Origin: Eledone cirrhosa | Taxonomy: Eukaryota | DNA: 64,000 nucleotides | Assembly (NCBI GenBank): GCA_964016885.1 | Contig: OZ024757.1 | Coordinates: forward strand, 20,026,001-20,090,000 | Direction: 5' to 3' | Part shown: positions 13,499 to 27,305 of the stretch, one piece after another | How positions within the stretch are numbered: the first letter of the stretch is position 1 | Layout: each line of letters begins with the position of its first letter | Program-made: the position numbers and the translations under genes | Notes under the pieces: model-generated | The model's database searches: none | What the model saw: the letters and a program-made list of their open reading frames with translations, nothing else | What the model was told of the DNA's origin: nothing

Positions 13499-14770
13499 TG
13501 AGAGATCACAGCTCTGATACTATGGGCATGTGGCTAGAATGTCTCAGGAAAGAATGTGTAGCTCAGAGATCAGAGTGTCACTCCAGGTAGAGCTGCTACT
13601 TCTCCAAATTGAGAGATCACAGCTCTGATACTATGGACATGTGGTTAGAATGTCTCAGGAAAGAATGTGTAGCTCAGAGATCAGAGAGTCACTCTAGGTA
13701 GAGCTGCTACTTCTCCAAATTGAGAGATCACAGCTCTGATACTATGGACATGTGGTTAGAATGTCTCAGGAAAGAATGTGTAGCTCGGAGATCAGAGAGT
13801 CACTCCAGGTAGAGCTGCTACTTCTCTGAATTGAGAGATCACAGCTCTGATACTATGGACATGTGGTTAGAATGTCTCAGGAAAGAATGTGTAGCTCAGA
13901 GATCAGAGAGTCACTCCAGGTAGAGCTGCTACTTCTCTGAATTGAGAGATCACAGCTCTGATACTATGGACATGTGGTTAGAATGTCTCAGGAAAGAATG
14001 TGTAGCTCAGAGATCAGAGAGTCACTCCTGGTAGAGCTGCTACTTCTCCGAATTAAGAGATCACAGCTCTGATACTATGGACATGTGGTTAGAATGTCTC
14101 AGGAAAGAATGTGTAGCTCAGAGATCAGAGAGTCACTCCTGGTAGAGCTGCTACTTCTCCGAATTAAGAGATCACAGCTCTGATACTATGGACATGTGGT
14201 TAGAATGTCTCAGGAAAGAATGTGTAGCTGGGAGATCAGAGAGTCACTCCAGGTAGAGCTGCTACTTCTCCGAATTGAGAGATCACAGCTCTGATACTAT
14301 GGACATGTGGTTAGAATGTCTCAGGAAAGAATGTGTAGCTCAGATATCAGAGAGTCACTCCAGGTAGAGCTGCTACTTCTCCGAATTGAGAGATCACAGC
14401 TCTGATACTATGGACATGTGGTTAGAATGTCTCAGGAAAGAATGTGTAGCTCAGAGATCAGAGAGTCACTCCAGGTAGAGCTGCTACTTCTCCGAATTGA
14501 GAGATCACAGCTCTGATACTATGGACATGTGGTTAGAATGTCTCAGGAAAGAATCACTGGACAGATTTTATGGACAAAACCCACTGGCAAGAGACCCAGG
14601 GGTAGACCCTGAGCAAGATGGTTGGATAACATCCATGAACTTGGCTGGTCTCACTAGAGGATCCAGCCGGATCAGTTGGAGACGGTTGCTTCTGACAGGA
14701 CCCACAGGGGGGAGTGTTTGAGTACTCTGCTCCCACGACCCTCACAGGAACAAGTGGGCGAGGAAGAAGA
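13499..14770 (+). mobile_element. RTE (Expander/Rex3-like) 3' fragment with a 111-bp internal segment amplified about 9-10 times, inserted in a SINE
   Basis: Unit encodes EIRESLQVELLLLRIERSQL..GHVVRM; 3' part PTGKRPRGRP..RWLDNI; (GAA)n tail; flanked by agggtcgataaaat (13485-13498) and agggttgataaaat (14771-14784). Confidence 0.8.
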
Positions 14771-14884
14771 AGGGTTGATAAAATAAAGTACCAGTCATGC
14801 ACTGGGGTCGATTTAATAAACATTCCCCCCACACAAAAAAAAAAATTGCTGGCCTTGTGCCTAAATCAGAAACCATTATTTTTA

Positions 14885-16410
14885 AGTGGATTGGCAGTAT
14901 CGGTAGAGGGTCGGACGCCATGCTAGGGCGGTGGATTGGCAGTATCGGTAGAGGGTCGGACGCCATGCTAGGGCGGTGGATTGGCAGTATCGGTAGAGGG
15001 TCGGACGCCATGCTAGGGCGGTGGATTGGCAGTATCGGTAGAGGGTCGGACGCCATGCTAGGGCGGTGGATTGGCAGTATCGGTAGAGGGTCGGAGGCCA
15101 TGTTAGGGTGGTAGATTGGCAGTATCGGTAGAGGGTCGGACGCCATGCTAGGGCGGTGGATTGGCAGTATCGGTAGAGGGTCGGAGGCCATGTTAGGGTG
15201 GTAGATTGGCAGTATCGGTAGAGGGTCGGACGCCATGCTAGGGCGGTGGATTGGCAGTATCGGTAGAGGGTCGGAGGCCATGTTAGGGTGGTAGATTGGC
15301 AGTATCGGTAGAGGGTCGGACGCCATGCTAGGGCGGTGGATTGGCAGTATCGGTAGAGGGTCGGACGCCATACTAGGGCGGTGGATTGGCAGTATCGGTA
15401 GAGGGTCAGACGCCATGCTAGGGCGGTGGATTGGCAGTATCGGTAGAGGGTCGGACGCCATGCTAGGGCGGTGGATTGGCAGTATCGGTAGAGGGTCGGA
15501 CGCCATGCTAGGGCGGTGGATTGGCAGTATCGGTAGAGGGTCGGACGCCATGCTAGGGCGGTGGATTGGCAGTATCGGTAGAGGGTCGGACGCCATGCTA
15601 GGGCGGTGGATTGGCAGTATCGGTAGAGGGTCGGACGCCATGCTAGGGCGGTGGATTGGCAGTATCGGTAGAGGGTCGGACGCCATGCTAGGGCGGTGGA
15701 TTGGCAGTATCGGTAGAGGGTCGGACGCCATACTAGGGCGGTGGATTGGCAGTATCGGTAGAGGGTCAGACGCCATGCTAGGGCGGTGGATTGGCAGTAT
15801 CGGTAGAGGGTCGGACGCCATGCTAGGGCGGTGGATTGGCAGTATCGGTAGAGGGTCGGACGCCATGCTAGGGCGGTGGATTGGCAGTATCGGTAGAGGG
15901 TCGGACGCCATGCTAGGGCGGTGGATTGGCAGTATCGGTAGAGGGTCGGACGCCATGCTAGGGCGGTGGATTGGCAGTATCGGTAGAGGGTCGGACGCCA
16001 TGCTAGGGCGGTGGATTGGCAGTATCGGTAGAGGGTCGGACGCCATGCTAGGGCGGTGGATTGGCAGTATCGGAAGAGGGTCGGACGCCATGCTAGGGCG
16101 GTGGATTGGCAGTATCGGAAGAGGGTCGGACGCCATGCTAGGGCGGTGGATTGGCAGTATCGGTAGAGGGTCGGACGCCATGCTAGGGCGGTGGATTGGC
16201 AGTATCGGTAGAGGGTCGGACGCCATGCTAGGGCGGTGGATTGGCAGTATCGGAAGAGGGTCGGACGCCATGCTTTCCAGCATAGTTACGTCTCTTTACG
16301 ATCTGAGGTTGACTTTGCCTTTCATTCTTACGGGGTCGATAAAATAAAGTACCGGTAATTCACTGGGGGTAATTGCTGGCTTTATACCTAAAGTAGAAAC
16401 AATTATTTTT
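14885..16410 (+). repeat. 45-bp tandem array (about 31 copies) of the 5' head of SINE family B, ending in a SINE B body
   Basis: Unit ggcggtggattggcagtatcggtagagggtcggacgccatgcta matches the head of dispersed SINE B copies (7115-7300 -, 26230-26420, 40445-40835 -, 49765-50380, 57258-57675 -). Confidence 0.92.
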
Positions 16411-16699
16411 AAGATTACTTGAAAACAATAAAAGGTGCGGACTGAGTTTCTTTAGAAATATAGTAATGAAACCGTTTGATATTTGTATTGCGTCATAATA
16501 AATTATATTTATCTTCAGGTGGGTGCTGGTTGTTGGGTGGGGTGGGGTGGGGAGAGGGGGGTAGGGGGTGGGGTGGGGTCAAGGAGTGGAGGTGTGTTGT
16601 GTTATAGCTGACCAAATTCCCAAGTCATTGTAAACCATGTTGCAATCTTGTGTCACCACCGCCAACTATATTACTTTAGTATACTAGGTCACAATAGTT

Positions 16700-17361
16700 T
16701 TAGTGGTGGTGGCGGTAGCAGTAGTAGTAGTAGTGGTAGTAGTAGTGGTAGTAGTAGTGGTAGTAGTAGTGGTAGTAGTAGTGGTAGTAGTAGCAGCAGC
16801 AATAGTAGTAGTAGTAGTAGTACTAGTAGTAGTACTAGTAGTAGCAGTAGCAGCAGTAATAGTAGTAGTAGCAGCAGCAGTAGCAGCAGTAGTAGTAGTA
16901 GTACTAGTAGTAGTAAGAGTAATAGCAGTAGCAGCAGTAGTAGTAGTAGCAGCAGCAGCAGCAGTAGCAGTAGTAGTAAGAGTAGTAGCAGTAGTAGCAG
17001 CAGTAGTAGTAGTAGCAGCAGTAGTAGTAGTAGTAGCAGCAGCAGCAGTAGCAGCAGTAGTAGTAGCAGCAGCAGTAGTAGTAGCAGCAGCAGTAGTAGT
17101 AGTAGCAGTAGTAGTAGTAGTAGCAGTAGTAGTAGTAGTAGTAGTAGCAGTAGCAGCAGCAGTAGTAGTAGCAGCAGCAGTAGTAGCAGCAGCAGTAGTA
17201 GTAGCAGCAGCAGTAGTAGTAGCAGTAGTAGTAGCAGTAGTAGTAGCAGTAGTAGTAGCAGCAGTAGTAGTAGTAGTAGCAGCAGTAGTAGCAGTGTCAG
17301 TCACTAACTAGAATACACACTTTGTACAAATTCATATAGATATACATAGATATACATATAA

Positions 17362-17452
<91 letters not shown>
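16700..17452. repeat. (AGT/AGC)n followed by (AG)n microsatellites
   Basis: Direct inspection. Confidence 0.95.
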
Positions 17453-17457
<5 letters not shown>

Positions 17458-17926
17458 TTGAGGTTGGTAATGGCACATGGAATATATAAGAGACAGAATA
17501 CTTTTTTGTGAAAAAACATATAATTTTATAAGGTAAGGAAATAATAAAGAGTATAAAAAATGACCGGTTTCGATGGGTCTGCAAAAGCCATCTTTTCAAA
17601 TGTTGATTAATGTTAAGAAAGGCACCAGAAAGGCACCCAGCAGTCAACGAGCTGCTAAACGAGCTGCTACCAAGATGAAAACTACTGTGAAATCCCACAA
17701 TGAATTTTATACTTGAATTTTCAAATCTCAAATTTTAACTCTTCTTATTATTAATTTTTCTTAACATTAATCAACATTTGAAAAGATGGCTTTTGCAGAC
17801 CCATCGAAACCGGTCATTTTTTATACTCTTTATTATTTCCTTACCTTATAAAATTATATGTTTTTTCACAAAAAAGTATTCTGTCTCTTATATATTCCAT
17901 GTGCCATTACCAACCTCAATTTTCTC
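17451..17926. repeat. Inverted repeat, 170-bp arms, 136-bp spacer
   Basis: 17451-17620 is the reverse complement of 17757-17926. Confidence 0.92.
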
Positions 17927-18084
17927 TATAACCTTCGTTTTGTGTAGTAAATTACACTTTTCATATATATATATATATATATATTAGGTATAGTATTATC
18001 CTAGATGCAGTAATGGTTAATTACTACACTGGATATGGTTGACGTACGGTGAGAGGTTACTCAACGAGTTATGGAAGAATTCTC

Positions 18085-18560
18085 TTTTACTCTTTTACCT
18101 GTTTCAGCCATCCGGCTGAGGCCATGCTGGGGCACCGCCCTTGTTGCTACACATTTTATCTCCAGCCTGTATAGGTTGGCCACTGGTGCAAGAGGGAGTT
18201 CGTTGCTGCGGCCCTTAGGTTTCCCTCGTGTCTTGCTGTGGGCTCATCCGGGATCCTGGATAACAAGGTGTTGAGATGTTTCTTAAAGACATCCACCTCC
18301 ACATCATGCAAGTCTCTCAGATGCCTCGGCAGCCTGTTGAAGAGTTGAGGGCCCTTGAATCCCAGGCTATTGCAATACCTGCTCCTTATTCTAGATGGGG
18401 AAGACGGGACCTTTGGCACCACACAGTGACGTCCTGTTTGACGGTTGGTCCAGCTCCCAATGCTAAAGTTTGGTGCTAGTCCCTCCAGGATTTTCCACAT
18501 GTAGATCACTGCGTATCTCTCCCGTCTTCACTCCAAGGCGAAGAAATTTAGTTCCTGATC
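18085..18560 (-). mobile_element. CR1-like LINE 3' fragment
   Basis: IYMWKILEGLAPN...GPQLFNRLP...FKKHLNTLLSRIPDEP...AATNSL, a typical CR1/L2-group ORF2 C-terminus. Confidence 0.78.
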
Positions 18561-18633
18561 CTTCTGTATTCCGGAGTGTAGATAAAGAATGAATAATAAC
18601 AGGTAGACATCATAAAAAGGTAATTTATTCCGT

Positions 18634-18888
18634 GTGCTTACAATGTTTCTACAGTGGTTGTACAGCCTAGTTATGCTCCGTGAACGCAACCAACAGTTCA
18701 CCTTAAAATGGGATATACTTTCCAGCGCAAGTGCATATCGGAGTGGATTGAAGTACTGTAGGTTATGTAACCTTGAACTCTTTTACATCTTAAAATCCAA
18801 AAATAAACTACTTAACGATAGAATCGAACGATCATTATACTGCAACCACAAACTAAAAGCTAAATTCTCTCACTATAAAATAACTTAA
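18634..18888 (+). mobile_element. Penelope-like element endonuclease C-terminal remnant
   Basis: LKWDIL...Y...CRLCNLE..YI......LLNDRIE...CNHK motif, typical of the C-terminus of PLE GIY-YIG regions. Confidence 0.7.
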
Positions 18889-19244
18889 CATTCGAACCTG
18901 TAATTATAACATCGCTTTCTAGCTAACCACCTTCTCTTCCCCCACACTACAAGACAATACCCTGCTTATCACTATAAATGGTAACTTAGTGCAATTCGCA
19001 GATTACTACTACGAACCCAAAGTTCACCCACCCCATAGCTTTCGTCTGTCCCCTCTCTATCTCTCCCTCTATATCTATTCCACTCTCTCTCTCTCACCTT
19101 TGGCCTACCTCCCTCCCTCTCCACATCTATGAACCTGCCCTCTGGGGCAATAAATAATTCCAACCTTGACTATCAATGCATCACTTAAGGTGATCGCTTT
19201 AAGAGTAGCCAGTATAATAAAACCCCTACCATAACATTTTGATT

Positions 19245-20480
19245 AAGACAGACCTAGTAACTAGAGACAGAGATATGTGAAGTATGTCACAGATAAAGGA
19301 GTAGGCTGGGCATTGTTAAGTTTTGTCTTAACAATGCCCAGCCTACTCCTTTATCTGTGACATACTTCACATATCTCTGTCTCTAGTTACTAGGTCTGTC
19401 TTTTGTATCATTGGACTAGTCATGTTCTCGGACAGACACTCAGACACACAATCAGGCCTTCAGATACTCAGACACACAATCAGGCCTTCAGATACTCAGA
19501 CAAAACTTAACAATGCCCAGCCTACTCCTTTATCTGTGACATACTTCACATATCTATGTCTCTAGTTACTAGGTCTGTCTTTTGTATCATTGGACTAGTC
19601 ATGTTCTCGGACAGACACTCAGACACACAATCAGGCCTTCAGATACTCAGACAAAACTTAACAATGCCCAGCCTACTCCTTTATCTGTGACATACTTCAC
19701 ATATCTATGTCTCTAGTTACTAGGTCTGTCTTTTGTATCATTGGACTAGTCATGTTCTCGGACAGACACTCAGACACACAATCAGGCCTTCAGATACTCA
19801 GACAAAACTTAACAATGCCCAGCCTACTCCTTTATCTGTGACATACTTCACATATCTCTGTCTCTAGTTACTAGGTCTGTCTTTTGTATCATTGGACTAG
19901 TCATGTTCTCGGACAGACACTCAGACACACAATCAGGACTTCAGATACTCAGACAAAACTTAACAATGCCCAGCCTACTCCTTTATCTGTGACATACTTC
20001 ACATATCTCTGTCTCTAGTTACTAGGTCTGTCTTTTGTATCATTGGACTAGTCATGTTCTCGGACAGACACTCAGACACACAATCAGACCTGCAGACACC
20101 AAGACAGTCAGACACACAATCAGACCTTCAGACACCCAGACAGTCAGACAGACACTCAGACACACAATCAGACCTGCAGACACTCAGACACACAATCAGA
20201 CCTTCAGACAGTCAGACAGACACTCAGACACACAATCAGACCTTCATACACCCAGACACTCAGACACACAATCAGACCTTCAGACACCCAGACAGACACT
20301 CAGACACACAATCAGACCTTCAGACACCCAGACAGTCAGACAGACACTCAGACACACAATCAGACCTTCAGACACCTAGACAGTCAGACAGACACTCAGA
20401 CCTGCAGACACCCAGACAGTCAGACAGAGAGAGAGAGACACTCAGACACTCAATCAAACCCTCAGACACCCAGACAGTCA
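19245..20480. repeat. 76-bp-arm hairpin followed by five ~151-bp tandem units decaying into CAGA-rich repeats
   Basis: 19245-19320 is the reverse complement of 19327-19402; units start at 19327, 19506, 19657, 19808, 19959. Confidence 0.9.
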
Positions 20481-20636
20481 ATCAGGCCCGCAGTCACTCA
20501 GTTGTTGTCGCGGTGTATTGTTGTTGCGGTTGTTGTTGCGTATAGTGCTGCTGCTGTTGTTTTTGTATATAGTGTTGATATTGTATATAGTGTTGTTGTT
20601 GTATACAGTGTTATAGTAATCTCAATAAATACTCAC

Positions 20637-20755
20637 ATTTCCTGTGACTCTGGTAATATCCAGGATGAATATGCCATTTCTCGGACTTGACACTTACACC
20701 TGATTGTGTTCCTTGTCTGTTGCCAAGATCAACGGTCACAACTGCAGCATGATCA
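20637..20755 (-). CDS. Peptidase S1 homolog, exon 3: DHAAVVTVDLGNRQGTQSGVSVKSEKWHIHPGYYQSHRK
   Basis: ccag acceptor, gtgagt donor; VxLG and HPxY motifs; phases 2/1 match neighbours. Confidence 0.85.
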
Positions 20756-20817
20756 CTGGAACAACATTTGAAATAAACACTCTTTGAACAACACAAATGG
20801 AAGTACAAGGTGGTAAG

Positions 20818-22365
20818 TTAACCCTTTAGTTACCAACCCAACCAAAACCAGCTCTGGTTCTATGAAATAAAACCACTTATTTTAAAGGGTTCCAATTTAA
20901 ATTAAAATCTTCCAACATAATTTTATAAAAGAACCTTACATTAAGTTATTATCTTACCAACCTGGCCAAAACCAGCTCTGGTTCTATGAAATAAAACCAC
21001 TTATTTTAAAGGGTTCCAATTTAAATTAAAATCTTCCAGCATAATTTTATATAAGAACCTTACATTAAGTTATTATCTTACCAACCTGGCCAAAACCAGC
21101 TCTGGTTCTATGAAATAAAACCACTTATTTTAAAGGGTTCTAATTTAAATTAAAATCTTCCAGCATAATTTTATATAAGAACCTTACATTAAGTTATTAT
21201 CTTACCAACCTGGCCAAAACCAGATCTGGTTCTATGAAATAAAACCACATATTTTAAAGGGTTCCAATTTAAATTAAAATCTTCCAGCATAATTTTATGT
21301 AAGAACCTTACATTAAGTTATTATCTTACCAACCTGGCCAAAACCAGCTCTGGTTCTATGAAATAAAACCACATATTTTAAAGGGTTCCAATTTAAATTA
21401 AAATCTTCCAGCATAATTTTATATAAGAACCTTACATTAAGTTATTATCTTACCAACCTGGCCAAAACCAGATCTGGTTCTATGAAATAAAACCACATAT
21501 TTTAAAGGGTTCCAATTTAAATTAAAATCTTCCAGCATAATTTTATGTAAGAACCTTACATTAAGTTATTATCTTACCAACCTGGCCAAAACCAGATCTG
21601 GTTCTATGAAATAAAGCCACTTATTTTAAAGGGTTCCAATTTAAATTAAAATCTTCCAGCATAATTTTATATAAGAACCTTACATTAAGTTATTATCTTA
21701 CCAACCTGGCCAAAACCAGATCTGGTTCTATGAAATAAAACCACATATTTTAAAGGGTTCCAATTTAAATTAAAATCTTCCAGCATAATTTTATGTAAGA
21801 ACCTTACATTAAGTTATTATCTTACCAACCTGGCCAAAACCAGCTCTGGTTCTATGAAATAAAACCACATATTTTAAAGGGTTCCAATTTAAATTAAAAT
21901 CTTCCAGCATAATTTTATATAAGAACCTTACATTAAGTTATAATCTTACCAACCTGGCCAAAACCAGATCTGGTTCTATGAAATAAAACCACATATTTTA
22001 AAGGGTTCCAATTTAAATTAAAATCTTCCAGCATAATTTTATGTAAGAACCTTACATTAAGTTATTATCTTACCAACCTGGCCAAAACCAGATCTGGTTC
22101 TATGAAATAAAGCCACTTATTTTAAAGGGTTCCAATTTAAATTAAAATCTTCCAGCATAATTTTATATAAGAACCTTACATTAAGTTATTATCTTACCAA
22201 CCTGGCCAAAACCAGCTCTGGTTCTATGAAATAAAACCACTTATTTTAAAGGGTTCCAATTTAAATTAAAATCTTCCAACATAATTTTATATAAGAACCT
22301 TACATTAAGTTATTATCTTACCAACCTGGCCAAAACCAGATCTGGTTCTATGAAATAAACCCATA
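20818..22365. repeat. Tandem array, 124-bp unit, about 12 copies
   Basis: accaacctggccaaaaccag at 20956, 21080, 21204...; begins at a TTAACCC end. Confidence 0.93.
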
Positions 22366-22369
22366 CATT

Positions 22370-22597
22370 TTAACCCTTTAGCATTTACATTACTCTATAT
22401 ATACTATTATATTTTCACAGTAAAGGCTTTATCTCACATAATATCTCTCATAATATCGAATCTATGGGATTTTGATATTATTTATTTTGAGAACAATACC
22501 TAAACATCAGTATGAGTGGCCAGTTACAGCCAGTTTGAACAGAAGGAGGTGAGAGTATAGTGGCCTGATATGGCCAGTTTAAATGCTACAGGGTTAA
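22370..22597. mobile_element. piggyBac-type MITE (TTAA target, CCCTTTAGCATTT TIR); related copies at 1-120, 32249-32975, 41103-41744, 52775-52987
   Basis: TTAA-CCCTTTAGCATTT ... AAATGCTACAGGG-TTAA. Confidence 0.8.
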
Positions 22598-22808
22598 AGG
22601 TTTCCAATTTAAATAAAAATCTTCCAACATAATTTTACTTTAAGTTACTACCTTACCAACCTGACTAAAACTGGTTCTGGTTCTATGAATTAAAACTACT
22701 TATTTAAATGGGTTCAACAACAATAACAACAACAACAGCAGCATCAAGAACCACAATAACATCAACAACAACGACGACAACATAAACAACAACAACAACA
22801 ACAACATA

Positions 22809-22842
<34 letters not shown>

Positions 22843-22871
22843 ACAACAACAAGCAAGAGAACTCTACTTAC

Positions 22872-23037
22872 AGGCAGCCTGCTGCCGTGACAACATGTCG
22901 GGAGCTGATCAAAGTTCCAACACAGCTGTTATGATCAACCCCGTAACTATTTCCAACGTGCAGTGTCGCAAGATAAGGAGCGTCACATAGGACGTCTGGA
23001 GTACCAACAATTCTTTGCAGCCAATTGTGATAACTTG
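22872..23037 (-). CDS. Peptidase S1 homolog, exon 2: (A)SYHNWLQR|IVGTPDVLCDAPYLATLHVGNSYGVDHNSCVGTLISSRHVVTAAGC(L)
   Basis: ttcag acceptor, gtaagt donor; activation site R-IVG; CxGxLIxxxxVVTAAxC motif; phase-2 intron right after the TAAxC motif as in trypsin genes. Confidence 0.9.
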
Positions 23038-23187
23038 CTGAAATTGTAGAGAAGATGTTCATTTCATATTTTATTACTCTGGGTTTTATTTTAGTATTTT
23101 ATTGAACAACAACAACAACAGCAAACAATAACAACCACAACAACGATAACAGCAATAACAACATCATCATCATCAGGTCGAGCTTGC

Positions 23188-23630
23188 TCAGCTTTCTACG
23201 ACACGTTTCCTCCATCCATCTCTGTCTCTCATAGCGTTTGCCAGTTCTTCCACAGAGCATACAGTATCGTCCTCAAGTTGCTTGACATATGTCTTCTTGG
23301 GACGACCAGCGTTTCTTGCTCCATGAGATGGACTCCATAACAACACATCGCCTGCTATTTCTGCCTTGCTGCGCCAACAGTGGCCAGAAAATCTGAGTCT
23401 CTGTCCACGTATTGACCTGCTGATAGGTCGTATATTGCCATAGAGATCCTTATTTGTTGGGTGTTCCCTCCAAGACACGTTTAAAGCAGCACGGAGCATA
23501 CGTGTGTATGCCCCGTCTAGCTTTTTCTCCAGTTTCGACGTTAGCGTCCAAGTGATAGAGCCATAAACAAGCACAGATTCCACAGCAGCTCTGAAGAAAT
23601 TCCTTTTCAGTTTGGCCGACAGGTTTGAAC
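23188..23630 (-). mobile_element. Non-LTR (RTE-like) retrotransposon ORF2 C-terminal fragment
   Basis: FRAAVESVLVYGSITWTLT...YTRMLRAALNVSW...RLRFSGHCWR...GRPKKTY; (GAT)n tail. Confidence 0.82.
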
Positions 23631-25277
23631 AGCAGCAACAATAAAAACAACAGCAGTCACAACACCAGCAATAACAACAGTGACAACAACATCCACAACA
23701 GTGACAATATATATATATCATCATCATCATCATCGTTTAACGTCCGTGTTCCACGCTTGCATGGGTTTGGACGGGGGTTTTCCCACTTGAGGCAAGAGTG
23801 ATTGTCTTGCTCGCATAGGACTGTCTGGCAGGTTTTCTACAGTTGGATGCCCTTCCTAACACCAACCACATTTACAGTGTGGGTCTGGGAGGTTTTTACC
23901 GTGTTACCTACATGGCCACATTACAGCGTGGACTGTGTGTTTTTTTGTCGTGACACCTACACGATCTCATTTGTTTCGGCCTGGATGGTGTGGCACCAAC
24001 ATAACTTTACATAGAAGGGGGCGGTGTGGATCATCATCGTTTAATGTCCATTTTCCATGCTAGCATGGGTTAGATGGTTTTGTTCCATTTGATGCGGGAA
24101 GGGTCGGGAGCCCGTGTCTCGCTCGTATGGAAGTGTCTCTGACAGGTTTTTTACAGCTGGATGCCCTTAAAGATGTCAACATGAATGGACCTGTTATTTT
24201 TTATCTAAAGCCATTTTTTCCAATTCCAACCCGCCCATCCCCTCAATCTACCTTATTTCTCATTCTTTCTTCTGATGAAAGACTAGCATTACGGACACCC
24301 GACCAGCCTTGCCTCAAGTGGGACAACTCCCGTCTAACCCATGCTAGCGTGGAAAATGGACGTTAAACGAGGATGATTATCATATATATATCATCATCAC
24401 CGTTTTACGTCCGTTCTTCCACGCTAGCATGGGTTAGACGGGTTGTCCTGTTGTGGGCAGTGTCTGGTCGGCTGACCATGCCTTGCTCATACAGGAACTG
24501 ATCTGGCTTGATTTCTACAGCTGGATGCCCTTCCTAACACCAACCTCATTTACAGTGAGTGCTGGGTGCTTTTTCGTGGCGCCTACACGTCCACTTTACA
24601 GTGTGGGCTGGGTGCTTTTTTGCCGTGGCACCTCCACGACCACCTTGCGGTGGGGGGGGGGCATATTGTTTATATGCTTCAGCATGTACCCATGGGAGGT
24701 CGGGTACCCTGTATTACTGTGTGACGCCAGAAGTCACGGTCGTGTGTCATTGACTTTGGGAGGTGTAGTTGGGTAAGGTCGGCTTTTATCACCTCATCCC
24801 AAGTCATCTTGGGTCTCCCCACTCCGCGGTTTCCATCAACTTCTAGTGCTCTGCACCTTTTTATGCAGCTGTCATCCTTCATACGCATCACATGTCCATA
24901 CCAGCGTAACCGCCTCTCCTGCACGCAGCATTTGATTCCTCTTATGCTCAGTCTCTCTCTCAATTCCTTTATGCTTTGTCGTTCACGTATATTACTGTTA
25001 CACATATATATATATATATATATATCATAAAACATGTCTATAGAATCGCCAGATAAAATATATACCGTTTCCTCTCCCAATTAGCATAATTAACCATATA
25101 AAAAATCAATTGGACCAAGCTATAAGAATAAAGGCTCCTATGAAGAGATCTCCGACAGATAACCGAAAGCAGCCCTTCGTGGCAGTTGCGATGGAGTATT
25201 TATCGAGTATTTCGACACCGTGTATAAATCGACCAGATATACAGTCAACTAAACAGAATTAGGTGTAAAATAAACTA

Positions 25278-25490
25278 GATACATATATACATACACACAC
25301 ACACATATACATATATACACACACACACATATATATATATATACACACACACACATATATATACACACACACACACATATATATATATACACACACACAT
25401 ATATATATATATACACACACACACACATATATATATATATACACACACACATATATATATATATATACACACACACATACATATATATAT

Positions 25491-25525
<35 letters not shown>

Positions 25526-25706
25526 CACACACATACACACACATATACACACACACATATATATATATATATACACACACATATATATATACAGACACAC
25601 ACACATATATATATACAGACACACACACACATATATATATATATATACACACATACATATATACACACACACACATATATATATATATATACACACATAC
25701 ATATAT

Positions 25707-25779
<73 letters not shown>

Positions 25780-25990
25780 CACATATATACACACACACAT
25801 ATATATACACACACACATATATACACACACATATATATATATATATACACACACACACATATATATACATACACACACACACATACATATATACATACAC
25901 ACACACACATATATATATATATACACACCCACCCACATATATATACACACACATATATACACACACATATACACAAATATATGTGTGTAT
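25278..25990. repeat. (AT/AC)n compound microsatellite
   Basis: Direct inspection. Confidence 0.95.
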
Positions 25991-26544
25991 GATATAATTG
26001 CAGTTAAGATGTCTCTCCATCTCTTCAAAGTACTGAAATTATGTAAACGCCATTAGAAATGACATCATTAACCAAGTTATTCTAGGACAACACAGGATTA
26101 AAATGTTGTGCAAATGTGTTTTAAGTGTTATTTGTAATAAGTGTTACATAAGTATTCTATAAGACATGTGTACTGAGAGTCCACTTGCTTCAGAAAGTTA
26201 TAAACATATTATTTTTAATTCAAATTCAGCAGTGAATTGGCAGTATCAGTAGAGGGTTGGACGCCATGCTTTCTAGCATAGTTACGTCCCTTTACGGTCC
26301 GAGTTCAAATCCCATCGAGGTTAATTTTGCCTTTCATCATTACGAAATCGATAAAATAAAGTACCAGTAATGCACAGGGTTAATTGCTGGCCTTGTGCCA
26401 ATAGTAGCGGCAATTATTTTTAATTCAATCTCAGATTCAAAGAGCCGAATCACTTACTTGAAGGGGGGTTTCTTTCTCTGAAGTCCTGCTGTCCTTCTGC
26501 TGTCCAGCTCTCCTGAGAGTTTCTTACCACTGTCTGAAGCCCAG

Positions 26545-27305
26545 AGACTCATTAGGTTAGTATTTATTCTGGTTTCCTTGAGGTTAAGAGACTGAGTGTA
26601 CGATACTTACCCCTGGACAGGACACCAGTCTATCACAGGGTTAAAAAGTCTGACTCAAACTCAGACGCTGTATAGGCTGATGCTTATACTGGTTTCCTTG
26701 AGGTTAAGCAACTGAGAGTCAGAGCCTATGAGAGGATGGGGGGGGGGGGGTGTCCAGCCAGTACTTTGTACCAGGGCCCAAGAACTAAGAAGGACCCACA
26801 GCAACCATGCAACATTTGAGAAAAATCTTTACCTGCTTCAGACTCCAAAGGGGTCTTGTTCTGCCTTGCAAAATTTCTCTTGGTTGCCCTGCTGAGAGCA
26901 CAAGACTCACCCCTAGTCAGGACACCAGTCTATCACAGGGTTAAAGTCTGTGTCAAGCCTAGAGGGTCATTAGGTTAGAGTTGATTCTGGTTTCCCGGTA
27001 CTTTCCGTGACTGAGAGTACCAGACTCACCCCTAGTCAGGACACCAGTCTATCACAGGGTTAAAGTCTGTGTCAAGCCTAGAGGGTCATTAGGTTAGAGT
27101 TGATTCTGGTTTCCCGGTACTTTCCGTGATTGAGAGTACCAGACTCACCCCTAGTCAGGATACCAGTCTATCACAGGGTTAAAGTCTGTGTCAAGCCTAG
27201 AGGGTCATTAGGTCAGAGTTGATCCTGGCTTCCCGGCACTTTCTGTGACTGAGAGTACAAAACTCACCCCTGGTCAGGATGCCAGTCTACTGCAGGGTTA
27301 AAATG
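26545..27305. repeat. 119-bp tandem repeats (about 3.5 close copies plus diverged ones), probably SINE-derived
   Basis: gagagtaccagactcacccctagtcagg at 27013 and 27132. Confidence 0.8.

Noticed and set aside
14742-16347. 513-aa and 340-aa repetitive ORFs
   Set aside because: By-product of a 45-bp (multiple of 3) SINE-head array; no splice or domain support.
16600-16690. IVGG-containing peptide on the minus strand suggesting a second protease
   Set aside because: Stops after about 14 codons with no downstream S1 motifs.
26458-26533. Possible exon with a strong gtaagt donor in protease intron 1
   Set aside because: The candidate lengths I tried shift the frame; exon 1 splices in frame directly to exon 2.
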